From: Acidimicrobiia bacterium
GTDB lineage: Bacteria; Actinomycetota; Acidimicrobiia; Spongiisociales; ZC4RG35
Reading direction: 5' to 3'
NCBI GenBank assembly: GCA_965203555.1
Contig: CBDBCY010000004.1
Coordinates: 960,001-1,024,000, forward strand
DNA: 64,000 nucleotides
The notes beneath the pieces were generated by a model. That model was given only the letters and a program-made list of their open reading frames with translations. It did not search any database and had not been told where the DNA came from. Positions 1 to 9,738 of this stretch are shown one piece after another; within the stretch, counting starts at the first letter, position 1, and every line of letters begins with the position of its first letter. A program made the translations under genes and the position numbers.

Positions 1-1890
1 ATCCGGCCGGGTGAGCACTTGTTCCACGATGCCCGACTCGATGGTCTTGCCCTCTTTCATCACTATGACCCGGTCGGCAAGCATGTTCATCACTCCCAAG
101 TCATGGGTTATGAAAACGAAGGCAAGTCCCTCTTGCTTGGCCAGCGAGGTCAGAAGCTCCAGTATCTGCGCCTGAATGCTGACATCCAATGCCGAGACCG
201 GTTCGTCGCATATGAGCACCTGCGGCTCAACCGACAGCGCTCGAGCGATGGCAACTCTCTGGCGCTGTCCCCCTGACATCTGGTGTGGGTAACGCTCTGC
301 GAAGGACGGATCCAAACCGACCCTCTCCAGCAATTGACCGGCTTGCTCCCAGGGAGAATCGGAAGAGTCAAGAGCGTGAGCCCGGGGTCCTTCCATCAGG
401 AGATCAACAACCTTGCGTCGGGGGTTGAGGCTTCCGTAGGGATCTTGAAAGATGATCTGCGCTCTCCTCCGTATATCTCTGAGTGCGCTCTTGCCCAATT
501 CGTCAAGATCGGCGCCAAGGATTTCTCGACGTCCCTCGACGAGAGCGTTACGTGGCTCGAGCCGTATCAGGGACAGAGCGACCGTTGACTTTCCACTCCC
601 TGATTCTCCCACCACCGCCACCGTCTCCGCTCTCCTCAACTCGATGTTGAACTCCCGAACGGCTGGAGTGGCTTTGGTCCCATAAGAGACCAGGCGGCCC
701 TCCCGGTAGGCCACCGACAATCCCGTAGCCCTGAGGATGACTTCATGGCTGCTCTCGGACTCCCCTCCAACTTCAGAAGAGAACGCGGCGGTCTTGAGAG
801 AAAGCGGTGCTAATACCGGGGTTGGGTCCGTTAGTGTCCTGTCCGATCTCTCAGGTGCGTCATCGGCAAGTCCGTCTCCCAACGGATAGAAGCAGGCCGC
901 ACTGTGCAGTCCACCGTAGTCTTCGAGCGGGGGAGAGTGGTTTCGGCACTTGTCGGCGGCTCGAGAACATCGCGGCGCGTAGACGCAATTGTCCCAGGTT
1001 GACTCCAGGGTGATCGGAGCGGTCCCGGTGATGGGCTGTACCTCGGTGCGGAAACCGCCCCTCAGGTCCAGTGGACAACTCTCGATGAGGCCTTTCGTGT
1101 AAGGGTGCCGAGGTTCAGAGAGCACGTTCGGTGTCCTACCCCTTTCGACCACGCGGCCGGAATAGAGCACCGCCAATCGATCCGAAACGCTGGCGATGAC
1201 CCCCACATCGTGGGTAACCAGCAACATGCTCAAACCCATGTCGTCCACCAGGGAACGAAGCAGTCTCAGGATTCGGGCCTGTGTTCGAACATCCAGAGCG
1301 GTTGTGGCCTCGTCGGCAATCAACAACAACGGGTCGCAGGCAATGGCCATGGCGATGGCGACTCTCTGCTGCTGCCCACCTGACAACTCATGTGGATAAC
1401 GGGAAAGGAAGCCCCTGTCGCCCCGAAGCCCCACAGCTTCCATCAATTCGACCACTCGTTGATCTCGATCACGCCTATTCAAAGTCAGATGTGCCTTGAT
1501 GACCTCGCGCACCTGAGTCCCCACTCTCATCACCGGGTTGAGGCTTGAAATGGGGTCTTGGAAGATCGTTCCAACCAGAACGCCCCGAACCTCTCGCCAG
1601 TTGACCCGATCAGATGTCAGGGCTTGCCCACCGAGACTGATCGAACCGCCCGTGACGTCGATTCCCCTGGGCAGGAGTCCCACGATGGCCTTGGCCGTCA
1701 GGCTCTTTCCCGCCCCGGACTCTCCAACCAGCCCCAGACATTGGCCTTGCTCGATTTCCAGGCTGACGCCCTTGACCAGGTCCAGGGGATCAGCGCCTCC
1801 TCCGTGCAGAGACAATGTCAAGTCCGTGATCTCAAGCGTCGGTGGGCGACTGCTGTCTTCGGATCTTCGTTCAGTCCCGGTCATGGCCAT
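1..1890 (-). CDS. Dipeptide/oligopeptide ABC transporter ATP-binding protein with two fused ABC domains (3' end runs off the window)
   Basis: Manual translation from ATG 1890 is open to base 1. It has two Walker A motifs (GESGAGKS, GESGSGKS), two signatures (LSGGQQQR, MSGGQRQR) and an HPYT plus Cys-rich oligopeptide-ABC tail after domain 1. Confidence 0.9.
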   Translation of the reverse strand, partial: MAMTGTERRSEDSSRPPTLEITDLTLSLHGGGADPLDLVKGVSLEIEQGQCLGLVGESGAGKSLTAKAIVGLLPRGIDVTGGSISLGGQALTSDRVNWREVRGVLVGTIFQDPISSLNPVMRVGTQVREVIKAHLTLNRRDRDQRVVELMEAVGLRGDRGFLSRYPHELSGGQQQRVAIAMAIACDPLLLIADEATTALDVRTQARILRLLRSLVDDMGLSMLLVTHDVGVIASVSDRLAVLYSGRVVERGRTPNVLSEPRHPYTKGLIESCPLDLRGGFRTEVQPITGTAPITLESTWDNCVYAPRCSRAADKCRNHSPPLEDYGGLHSAACFYPLGDGLADDAPERSDRTLTDPTPVLAPLSLKTAAFSSEVGGESESSHEVILRATGLSVAYREGRLVSYGTKATPAVREFNIELRRAETVAVVGESGSGKSTVALSLIRLEPRNALVEGRREILGADLDELGKSALRDIRRRAQIIFQDPYGSLNPRRKVVDLLMEGPRAHALDSSDSPWEQAGQLLERVGLDPSFAERYPHQMSGGQRQRVAIARALSVEPQVLICDEPVSALDVSIQAQILELLTSLAKQEGLAFVFITHDLGVMNMLADRVIVMKEGKTIESGIVEQVLTRPD

Positions 1891-1905
1891 GGCAAATCCG
1901 ATTGT

Positions 1906-2820
1906 CTACGGTAGATCGAGAAGCCGGACCGGATTCTCATGGAAGATCGTGCGGAACTCCTGGTCACCGAACCCGACCCCTCGCAGAGAGTCGAAGAAGT
2001 CCGTGACGCAATAGGGGTAACCACCCCCGTCGAAGGCACGCAGATGTGACCGGAAGCACACATCGTTGGAAATCACGACCTGATCCAGGCAACCTCGCTC
2101 AGCCAGCCATGCCAAACCGGCGATGCGAACCTTGACGTCATACGGAAAGTGAGGCCTGACAGTGTCAAAGCCGAGAGTGACCCCCATTTCGAGCAACTCC
2201 GACCAGTACTCCTTCCGGGGAACCGTATCAGAGTGGCCTATGACTATCCGCTCGGGTGGAACACCCATTCTCAGCAGGATGTTGGCTTGCTCGATCCCCA
2301 CCGTGCTCCGGGCGGCGTGCGTGTATATCGCGACTCCGGTCTCCAGGTGCGCAAACCCCCCGGCACGCAACACTCGCTCCTCGGCGGGAGTCATCGGATT
2401 CCTGTACGCACCGATTTCTCCTATGATCCCCGGCCGTACTCCGCCCTCGGCAACCCCTTTGGTTATCTCTGATATCAGTATGTCCGCCAGACCGTCTGCG
2501 GTCGTCTCAAAGACCTGGCGCGGCAGGTAGGGGTCACGGTACCATCCACATCCGCCAACGATATTGAGCCCGGTGCTCAAGGCGATCCCTCGCAGAGTCT
2601 TGAGATCTCTACCCAGTCCGCCGCTCGTCACGTCCACCACGGTTCGCACCGGGGTAGATGCCAGGTGTCGAAGCTCGCTGATGGCAAGGTCAACATCATC
2701 GAGCAGATGGTCCGAATTGCCGGAGACCCGGTATAGGTCACACATGATGTGCTCGTGCATCAACACCGCGCCGATGTCCGTACTGGGTATTTCACCCGTC
2801 ACGGTCACGACGGAGCCCAT
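1906..2820 (-). CDS. Phosphotriesterase-family (PTE/PHP-like) amidohydrolase
   Basis: HEH metal motif, GIIGEIG (Glu bridging ligand as in PHP), YTHA, GHSD, SND. Start set at MGSVVTV by comparison with the paralog at 8760-9680. Confidence 0.9.
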   Translation of the reverse strand: MGSVVTVTGEIPSTDIGAVLMHEHIMCDLYRVSGNSDHLLDDVDLAISELRHLASTPVRTVVDVTSGGLGRDLKTLRGIALSTGLNIVGGCGWYRDPYLPRQVFETTADGLADILISEITKGVAEGGVRPGIIGEIGAYRNPMTPAEERVLRAGGFAHLETGVAIYTHAARSTVGIEQANILLRMGVPPERIVIGHSDTVPRKEYWSELLEMGVTLGFDTVRPHFPYDVKVRIAGLAWLAERGCLDQVVISNDVCFRSHLRAFDGGGYPYCVTDFFDSLRGVGFGDQEFRTIFHENPVRLLDLP

Positions 2821-2830
2821 CAGCTCTCCT

Positions 2831-3901
2831 TCAACGGCCCAGCACACCGGCGAACGCTTCTATCACTCGTCCGAGATCGTGCTGCCTTGATTCACGATTG
2901 ACAACGAGACGAATGGACCGGGCAGACCGCGGCTTTGCCAGAACCCCCCTGGCGGCAAGTCGTCTACAGAACTGGGCGGCGGTCAGGTCCACAAGAACGT
3001 CGAAGAGAATGATGTTCGTCTGAGGGGCCGGAACGGCCAGTTCGGAATCGAAATGTTGGGTGAGCGACCGCGCCAAGTCTCTTGCTCCGCAATTGTCAAG
3101 GTATGGATGGTCCCGGTTGTTTTCCAGGGCCTCCAGCGCCATGGTCGCCAAGAGGCCTTCCTGGTGTATCGACGCAACTCCCAATTGACCTCGGAGACTC
3201 CTCACTCGGACGATGACATCTTCGGGACCTGCCAGCACGGCGCCGTACGGTGCTCCCAGACTCTTGTTGAGACTCAACGCCACTGTCGTCGCCGAAGCGC
3301 ACAGATCCCTTATTTCAACATCAAGGCCGGCTGCCGCATTGAAGATTCGCGCCCCGTCGACATGAATGCGGGCGCCACATTCGAACGCCAGGCTTGAGAC
3401 TCTCTTCATGTCAGACCGGCTCACCACCATTCCGCCCGCGTTGTTGTGGGTGTTCTCGACACAGATCAGGCCCACGGGCGGAAGTCCGAACAGAGACGAT
3501 CGCTCAGCAAACTCGACAACGGCGGCAGCGTCAACAACGCTGCCCGCTCTCGGCACCGGTACCAATTGGACGCCGCCTGTCACCGCGGCACTGTTTGCCT
3601 CCATCCACCGAATGTGCGAGTCGGCGTCGACAACCACGTTCTCGGCCGGTTTGGCAAGCGCCATCACCGCCAGTAGGTTCGCCGCACTGCAGGTAGGCAG
3701 GAACACGGCCGCTTCCTTGGCAGTCAGTTCGGACACCGCCTGCTCCAAGTCTTTGGTGTACCCTTCCGGACCGCCGTCTCGGGGAGATTCAACGGCGGAT
3801 CTCAAACGGTCCAGCATGCTGTGGGTGGGCAGGTTGTAGGTATCGCTGCGCAGGTCAACGAATCCGTCGGACAGTCCTTTCGACTCTCCCGCAGGCATCA
3901 T
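2831..3901 (-). CDS. Low-specificity L-threonine aldolase / beta-eliminating lyase family (PLP)
   Basis: DLRSDT, ENTHN, HVDGARIFNA, SLNKSLGAP (PLP Lys). ATGA overlap with the upstream stop. Confidence 0.88.
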   Translation of the reverse strand: MMPAGESKGLSDGFVDLRSDTYNLPTHSMLDRLRSAVESPRDGGPEGYTKDLEQAVSELTAKEAAVFLPTCSAANLLAVMALAKPAENVVVDADSHIRWMEANSAAVTGGVQLVPVPRAGSVVDAAAVVEFAERSSLFGLPPVGLICVENTHNNAGGMVVSRSDMKRVSSLAFECGARIHVDGARIFNAAAGLDVEIRDLCASATTVALSLNKSLGAPYGAVLAGPEDVIVRVRSLRGQLGVASIHQEGLLATMALEALENNRDHPYLDNCGARDLARSLTQHFDSELAVPAPQTNIILFDVLVDLTAAQFCRRLAARGVLAKPRSARSIRLVVNRESRQHDLGRVIEAFAGVLGR

Positions 3902-5610
3902 CGGACCGGCCTTGAAACTGGCAGGGAGACGCTGCAAAGGTCGTCCGGTCCACTTAGAAGTGACTGCGTAGCCGGTACAAGACGAGCATCCGAGTAGGGG
4001 TCGGTCCCGAGATTGTGATTGCGGTCATAGTCCGGGAAGTCACTGCTGGAGATCTTCACCACCAGGCGAGACCCCTCCGCCAATCGGTAGACGGTCGGGC
4101 GACACCGGATCCGGATCGTCTCGGGCTTTCCCGGTTCCAGGAACTGTTCCTGATCGATCCCGTTGCGGTACCGAGCTCGAACAAAGCCGCTCGCAATGAG
4201 AATCGAGGCGCCGTCCTGGCGTTCTTCGGCAACCCATGCGCAGAAGTCTGTGTCGACCGCGCTGCTGGTCACCAACAGGTCCACAGTCACCGGTCCGCGG
4301 ATCTCAACCGGCTGGTCAACCGGCGCCGTGGCAAAGGACAGCACATCCGGTCGCATGTCCATGTAGCCGATGTCGAAAGGGCCGTAGTACGCGTCCTCGT
4401 CCACGGCCGAGGGAACCGGATCCCGGGGGTCGTATACATAGCTCCAGGTTGCGGTCTCCGTGGACGGGGACTCCGAGAGGGCGCCGCCACTGCTGCCTGA
4501 AGCGACAGAGGATGTGAGAAAAAGCCGCTGCGGGGCGCCGACCACCTCGGACCAGCGCTCGGCCTCCCTCCACTGGTTGGCGCCATCCCCCATCGCAAAA
4601 TATCGGATGGATGGTCCGGGGAACAAGTGTCCGGACTCTCCTTTCAGCACGAAGTCGGACCATTGGACGAGAACCTCCGGATAGGACCATTGGGCCGCTT
4701 CGCCGAAGTCGATCTCCCCCCGATGTCGGCTCAGATCGTATTTGGGATCCATGTGCTTCCAGGGCCCCACGATCAGATAGACGGGACATGACTCGCCCCG
4801 ACGGTTCCTCAACCTCTCATGGAGGTCGATCATGCTACCGACATCTATGTCGAACCAGCCGGTCAGGAGCAACACGGGCCCTTCAAACTCGTCACAACGC
4901 CTCATCCATGACAGATAGTCACCCGGCCTGCTCTCAAGCAGGCTTCGGTAATGCGGCGACAGGCCACCCAGCAGGTAGTCCGGCAGTTCCTTCCAGGGGA
5001 GGAACCACAACCACCGATTTCTTTCGACCGTTCGCCAGTTCCGGTAGGCAGACTGCTCGTCGAGAGAGCGGCCGCCCTGGTCGGCGCGTCTGCGAGAGTC
5101 AGGCCCCATGCGGCCGACATACCAAAGGATTCGTCTGGCCGGCCTCAAAACCGGCGAATCGAGGGCGCTCATCGGAAGGCCCGAGGGAAAGATGGCATCG
5201 GGTTTCTGGTCCCCGTCGATAGCCACTTTCCACTGGGTCCAAGCCCCGTAGGAATCACCCCACATTGCAACGGCGCCGTCGCACCATTGCTGGGCCCTGA
5301 TCCAGGACACGGTCGCTGCTCCGTCCCGTGCGTCACTGTCGGGATTCTCGTGAAACGGCACGAACTCGCCCTCCGATTCGAAGCGCCCGCGAAGATCCTG
5401 AATGGCCACCGCGTAGCCGGCCTCGACTGCTTCAGCAATGATCCGTGTGTAGATCATCTTGCCGTCTTCCACCCGGGTCTTGTCGTAAGGCGTTCGCATG
5501 AGCAGCGCCGGGTAGGACCCCCCGCTTCCGGATGGAAGGAAGATATCGGTTGCCAGCCGAACACCGTCCTCCATCCGAAGCGGGGTCGTGAACGATTCCA
5601 CGATTTTCAC
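3898..5610 (-). CDS. CocE/NonD family serine hydrolase
   Basis: RTPY, QDLRGRFESEG, GDSYGA nucleophile, GWFD, GPWKH, YDPRDPVP C-terminal domain. Confidence 0.92.
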   Translation of the reverse strand: MKIVESFTTPLRMEDGVRLATDIFLPSGSGGSYPALLMRTPYDKTRVEDGKMIYTRIIAEAVEAGYAVAIQDLRGRFESEGEFVPFHENPDSDARDGAATVSWIRAQQWCDGAVAMWGDSYGAWTQWKVAIDGDQKPDAIFPSGLPMSALDSPVLRPARRILWYVGRMGPDSRRRADQGGRSLDEQSAYRNWRTVERNRWLWFLPWKELPDYLLGGLSPHYRSLLESRPGDYLSWMRRCDEFEGPVLLLTGWFDIDVGSMIDLHERLRNRRGESCPVYLIVGPWKHMDPKYDLSRHRGEIDFGEAAQWSYPEVLVQWSDFVLKGESGHLFPGPSIRYFAMGDGANQWREAERWSEVVGAPQRLFLTSSVASGSSGGALSESPSTETATWSYVYDPRDPVPSAVDEDAYYGPFDIGYMDMRPDVLSFATAPVDQPVEIRGPVTVDLLVTSSAVDTDFCAWVAEERQDGASILIASGFVRARYRNGIDQEQFLEPGKPETIRIRCRPTVYRLAEGSRLVVKISSSDFPDYDRNHNLGTDPYSDARLVPATQSLLSGPDDLCSVSLPVSRPVR

Positions 5611-5620
5611 AGGCTACCGG

Positions 5621-7255
5621 TCACTTATCGGTCAGCCAGGTCTCCCTGTAGTCGAGGTCTCCGCTATTGAGGTGCTTGAGGTCCTGGACGCGGTCCCGCA
5701 CACCATGGAACCACCGGTCGAAGTACAGGATCGGAGTTGGAACTTCCGCGTTCCAGACTTCCTGAACCTCACCGTAGGCCGCTATGCGAGCATCCAGATC
5801 CAGTTCGGCCGCCGCATCCGCAAGCAACTGCGAGAACGCCTCGTCACCGAATCCCCACGGGTTGACGTCGGGGTGGGCGAGGTTCCACAGGAATGCAGGA
5901 TCGTAGTCGGGCAACGCCGCATTGGCCACGATGGCGCCGGGATCCGGGTGTGGCGTGAAGGCTTCGCTCCACCCGCCCAGTTCCGGCATCGAGACGTTCA
6001 ACTGTATCCCGATCTTTCCGAGGGACTGTTCCATCACCTCTCCGATGATCCGGGTCCACGGCACGATGTTGAGTCCCACATAGCTGAGTTCGGTGACTCC
6101 CACCTCTTCGAACAGCGCCTTGGCGCGGTCCAGGTCATATGGGTATTCGGTTAGACCGGGGGCCTCCGCCCAGTGACCCGGTGGCAGCAGGTTGTTGGTC
6201 GGCACCGGTATTCCCGTGTCGAAGAACGCCAGGGTGTTGATGGTGTCGAGATCCAGCGCGTGAAGCAGCGCTTGGCGAGCGCGAACATCGTCAAACGGCG
6301 GGGCGCCGTTGTAGATGCTCATGTACGTGACGACAGAAGAGCTGGGAGCAAAGAGCGTACGCAATTCGCCCTCCTTGGCGATCTGCTGAACGAACCGCGG
6401 CTCCAGCTGCCAGTAGATGTCGACGTCGCCGGCGCTCAATGCCGTGAACAGACTGGTTGTGTCGGGGTTCACTGTGACGTCCACTCCGTCGAGGTAGGGC
6501 AAGCCTTCCTCCCAGTAGTTCTCGTTCCGGGTCATGATGAGGCGCTCGTCGGCCACATAGTCGACCATCACGAAGGGACCTGTTCCGATGCCCTCCTGGG
6601 CAATGGTGTCGCCTGATCCCTCGGGAATGATCATGGCTCTCGCCAGCCCCGCCAGCAGGATCGCGGAAGGCGCAGACAGGTGCAAGATGACCGTGTGATC
6701 GTCAACCACCTCGACCTCTTGGATCGTGTTTACAGCTTCGGCGTAGACGCCTGCATTGGTGTCGGGGTGGAGCAACCTGTCGAGCGAGTACTTGACGTCG
6801 GCAGCCGTGAATGGCTGACCATCGTGGAACTGCACGTCCTCTCGCAGGTGGAACGTCCATGCCGTCCCTGACTCGTCAATGTCCCAGGACACAGCCAGAT
6901 CCGGAACCGGTTCGAGTTCCTCCGTATAACGGGTCAGGCCGCTGTAGAGACCTGGCCAAGCGTTGCGGTTGTTGTAGATCCCGAACTGATGGGGATCAAG
7001 CGTCTGTATCGGCTGCGGGGTTCCCAGTTGCAGGGTCCCGCCTCTCTTCTCCGCATCAGGGTCGACCGGCTCGGGCGCAGCAGTGGTCGCCGGCGCAGCA
7101 GTGGTCGCCGGGGCGGCCGTAGTGGGCGCAGGCTCCGGCTCATCTTCCGCGCACCCGGCAAGCAGCGACACAGCCAGACAGAATGTAAGCGCTACTTTCA
7201 GACCTAGCCACCTGCGTGGCGGCCCGTGACTATGAGGTTTCAAAACTGTCCTCAT
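5621..7255 (-). CDS. ABC transporter substrate-binding lipoprotein, family 5 (Dpp/Opp/Nik-like)
   Basis: Lipobox LAGC, TTAAP linker, PDLAVSW..WTFHLREDVQFHDG, GTGPF, PFDDVRARQAL. Confidence 0.93.
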   Translation of the reverse strand: MRTVLKPHSHGPPRRWLGLKVALTFCLAVSLLAGCAEDEPEPAPTTAAPATTAAPATTAAPEPVDPDAEKRGGTLQLGTPQPIQTLDPHQFGIYNNRNAWPGLYSGLTRYTEELEPVPDLAVSWDIDESGTAWTFHLREDVQFHDGQPFTAADVKYSLDRLLHPDTNAGVYAEAVNTIQEVEVVDDHTVILHLSAPSAILLAGLARAMIIPEGSGDTIAQEGIGTGPFVMVDYVADERLIMTRNENYWEEGLPYLDGVDVTVNPDTTSLFTALSAGDVDIYWQLEPRFVQQIAKEGELRTLFAPSSSVVTYMSIYNGAPPFDDVRARQALLHALDLDTINTLAFFDTGIPVPTNNLLPPGHWAEAPGLTEYPYDLDRAKALFEEVGVTELSYVGLNIVPWTRIIGEVMEQSLGKIGIQLNVSMPELGGWSEAFTPHPDPGAIVANAALPDYDPAFLWNLAHPDVNPWGFGDEAFSQLLADAAAELDLDARIAAYGEVQEVWNAEVPTPILYFDRWFHGVRDRVQDLKHLNSGDLDYRETWLTDK

Positions 7256-7282
7256 ACCAAACTCCTTTACTTCGGTTCAAGG

Positions 7283-7316
7283 TTGTCTGTGATATGTGAT
7301 CACAGATCACAGACAA
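7283..7316. promoter_or_regulatory. 34-bp near-perfect palindrome, candidate repressor operator upstream of the ABC/CocE operon
   Basis: TTGTCTGTGATATGTGATCACAGATCACAGACAA matches its reverse complement except for one mismatched pair. It lies 28-61 bp upstream of the SBP start. Confidence 0.6.
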
Positions 7317-7420
7317 TACACCTGGAAGAGGTAGATGTCAACCGATACCCGGATATTGATTCGCGAAATACTGCACCCCTACCAGGACCGCGAGGCGGGA
7401 GGCCATTGCCCCTGGCTCCA

Positions 7421-7661
7421 CTGGGAGGCTGCTGAAAATTTGATGGTGGGTGAGGGTGGTTGGAGGTGGGGTTTCCCGCTGTTTGGTGTGGTTGGTGCCC
7501 CTTTCGGTGGTGGTGAGGTGCAGTCCGAGGTTGATGAGCCTGCGCAGATTGATCGCGGCGACGCGGGTGTGCAGTTGTCGTCGGTTTCGAGTGGCGCCCC
7601 CGTAGCGGAGTTTGCGGTGACCGTTGGAGACGAGGTGAGCGATCAGCCGTTGGACCGTCAA
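7421..7661 (-). mobile_element. Insertion-sequence remnant (IS1182-like DDE transposase C-terminus plus terminal repeat)
   Basis: TVQRLIAHLVSNGHRKLRYGGATRNRRQLHTRVAAINLRRLINLGL resembles a DDE transposase C-terminus. End-like sequence CTGGGAGGCTGCTGAAAA at 7421. Confidence 0.65.
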
Positions 7662-7689
7662 CAGAACCAGTCGCTACCGAAGTCCTTTC

Positions 7690-7959
7690 TACTTTGACCC
7701 CGTCGACCATTCCGACGAACACTCCCGCGGTGACCTGCCCCTCCGTGTAACTGTCCGCCGCGGCGGCGAGACGCCCGGCGACCTGTTGAGAGTCGAAGTC
7801 GTTCAGCATCAAGACGTCCACGTCGAACGACGCCCGGTGTTCAAGTTGCAGGGCGATAGCCGACCTGCCGACCATTACCCCTCCCAGAGGTTCGGTAACC
7901 GCGGCCACTTTTGGGAGGACCCTCTCGATCGCCTCCCGAGTGTGCTCCCAGCCCAACAT
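7690..7959 (-). pseudogene. Truncated AbiEii-like nucleotidyltransferase toxin
   Basis: MLGWEH...VGRSAIALQLEHRASFDVDV resembles the GGTALALQLGHRxSxDxD motif. The homology-like stretch stops after about 90 aa at the IS remnant. TGATG coupling to the upstream ORF. Confidence 0.6.
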
Positions 7960-8569
7960 CAGAAATCCCCCAAACGGTGTTTGATGCGTTCCACGACCGG
8001 TCCGTTCTGGTAGCCCCGCTTGCCCAACAGTTCCCGCAAAGCCTGAGAGGGTAGATGTTTCAGAGCCCACGTTTCGGCCAGGACATGCCGGGTGGATCCC
8101 TCGGGGACGAGCATGCGGGACGCCGCGTACACAGCGTCGTCGGGAAGGCGAAGATACATGGGGTCGATGCCCGACCAGAAAACCCACCACAGTCGGGGGG
8201 GTATGCGGTCCTGCTCCCGTGGGGCATCCTCGAAGGTCGGCATGGACTTTCCCAGGAACTCTCTCCGGGGTGTCTCTACCCACAGTTGCGCTTCTCGTTC
8301 CCGGTAGTACCAGGAGACCTTCTGTGGTTTGGGTTCGGCGAAGCCCCGTCTGTTCAAACGCCGCAGGGCCTGTTCGGCGTGACCGACGTTCAGGTGCGAC
8401 AGTTCGGCAACCCGGCGAGGTTCGGCGCCGGGTGCGTACGCTCGGAGGACGGCTAGGGCAGCGCCGACGCAAGAAGGCTCTGCTGCGAACGGCCCGTCTG
8501 GGGGGTAACGAACCCGGGCGGAGGGTCAGCCGTTCCCGTCGGCGGGCACCCACAAGAGGCATCGGTCAT
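7959..8569 (-). pseudogene. Putative antitoxin / winged-helix protein coupled to the AbiEii-like gene, frameshifted at a G6 run (~8500-8505)
   Basis: The frame of ORF 7959-8357 extends upstream as AALAVLRAYAPGAEPRRVAELSHLNVGHAEQALRRLNRRGF (HTH-like). One extra G at 8500-8505 would join it to ATG 8569. Confidence 0.45.
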
Positions 8570-8759
8570 CAGGGCTCAGACTAGCGGGGGTTACCGGTGC
8601 TGTCCATGTCCCCGATGACCGCCTCCCCCGCAGGCAGGAGGCGCTCAACTGTCGTTCGCCACCACCTCTCCCTTCTGGCCAGACCATCCAGGCGGAGCAG
8701 GCACAGAACCCCGGTCGAGGCGGGACACTCCAGATGTGGCTTCACCACCGGCTGTCTGA

Positions 8760-9680
8760 TCAGGTCCTTTCGAGCAGTCGGAGCGGGGTGTCCCAGAAGA
8801 TCATTTGGAACTCGCGGTCGCCGAACCCCACGCGGCGCAGAGAGTCCAGAAAGCCTGTGACGCAGTAGGAGTAACCCGCGCCTCCGAAGGCGCGAAGATG
8901 CGACCGGTAGCAGACGTCGTTGGAAACCACAACCTGATCGAGACACCCCCGCTCAGCCAGCCATGTCAGACCATCGATACGAATTCCCAGCTCATACGGG
9001 AAGTCAGGTCTTACCGTGTCGAAGCCGAGGGTGACGCCCATATCAAGCAGTTCCGACCAGTACGCTTTCCGGTTCCCGGGAATCGTATCGGCATGCCCGA
9101 TGACGATCCGCCCAGGTGGAACGCCGATGCTGATCAGTATCTTGGCTTGCTCGATCCCAACCGTACTCCGGGACGCATGCGTATAGATCGAGACCCCGGT
9201 CTCCAACTGCGCAAATCCACCGGCGCGCAACACTCGTTCCTCGGCGGGAGACATAGGACTCCTCTTGGCGCCGATCTCCCCGATAATTCCAGGCCGCACT
9301 CCCCCGTCCCGGGCCCCCTCACTGATTTCAGAGATCAAGATATCGGCCAGACCATCTGAAGTTGTCTCAAAGACCTCCCGTGGAAGAAAAGGGTCGCGGT
9401 ACCAACCACACCCGGCAACGATGTTGAGACCGGTGCGTAGAGCGATATCTCGAAGGCCCTTGAGGTCCCTGCCCAATCCGACACTCGTCGTTTCCACTAC
9501 CGTTTGCACCGAGGTGTCATCCAGGTAGCGGAGCTCCGCGGTAACAAGATCGGTGTCATCGAGCAAACGATTCAGATCATCGGAGACGCTGTAGAAATCA
9601 CACAGGATGTGCTCGTGCATCAAGACGGCGCCGAGTGCATCAATCGGCACTTCACCGGTCACTGTCAGGACAGAGCCCAT
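8760..9680 (-). CDS. Phosphotriesterase-family (PTE/PHP-like) amidohydrolase, paralog of 1906-2820
   Basis: HEH, GIIGEIG, YTHA, GHAD, SND. The longer ORF 8760-10070 overlaps citE on the antisense strand, so the real start is MGSVLTV. Confidence 0.9.
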   Translation of the reverse strand: MGSVLTVTGEVPIDALGAVLMHEHILCDFYSVSDDLNRLLDDTDLVTAELRYLDDTSVQTVVETTSVGLGRDLKGLRDIALRTGLNIVAGCGWYRDPFLPREVFETTSDGLADILISEISEGARDGGVRPGIIGEIGAKRSPMSPAEERVLRAGGFAQLETGVSIYTHASRSTVGIEQAKILISIGVPPGRIVIGHADTIPGNRKAYWSELLDMGVTLGFDTVRPDFPYELGIRIDGLTWLAERGCLDQVVVSNDVCYRSHLRAFGGAGYSYCVTGFLDSLRRVGFGDREFQMIFWDTPLRLLERT

Positions 9681-9738
9681 ACCGATACTATATGATTCCT
9701 GGCAGGCTGACCTGAAGAACAGGAGAAGGGAACCTGTG

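Noticed and set aside
7300-8562. 420-aa minus-strand ORF
   Set aside because: Chimeric frame running through the antitoxin-like gene out of frame, the AbiEii fragment and the IS remnant; not a coherent protein.
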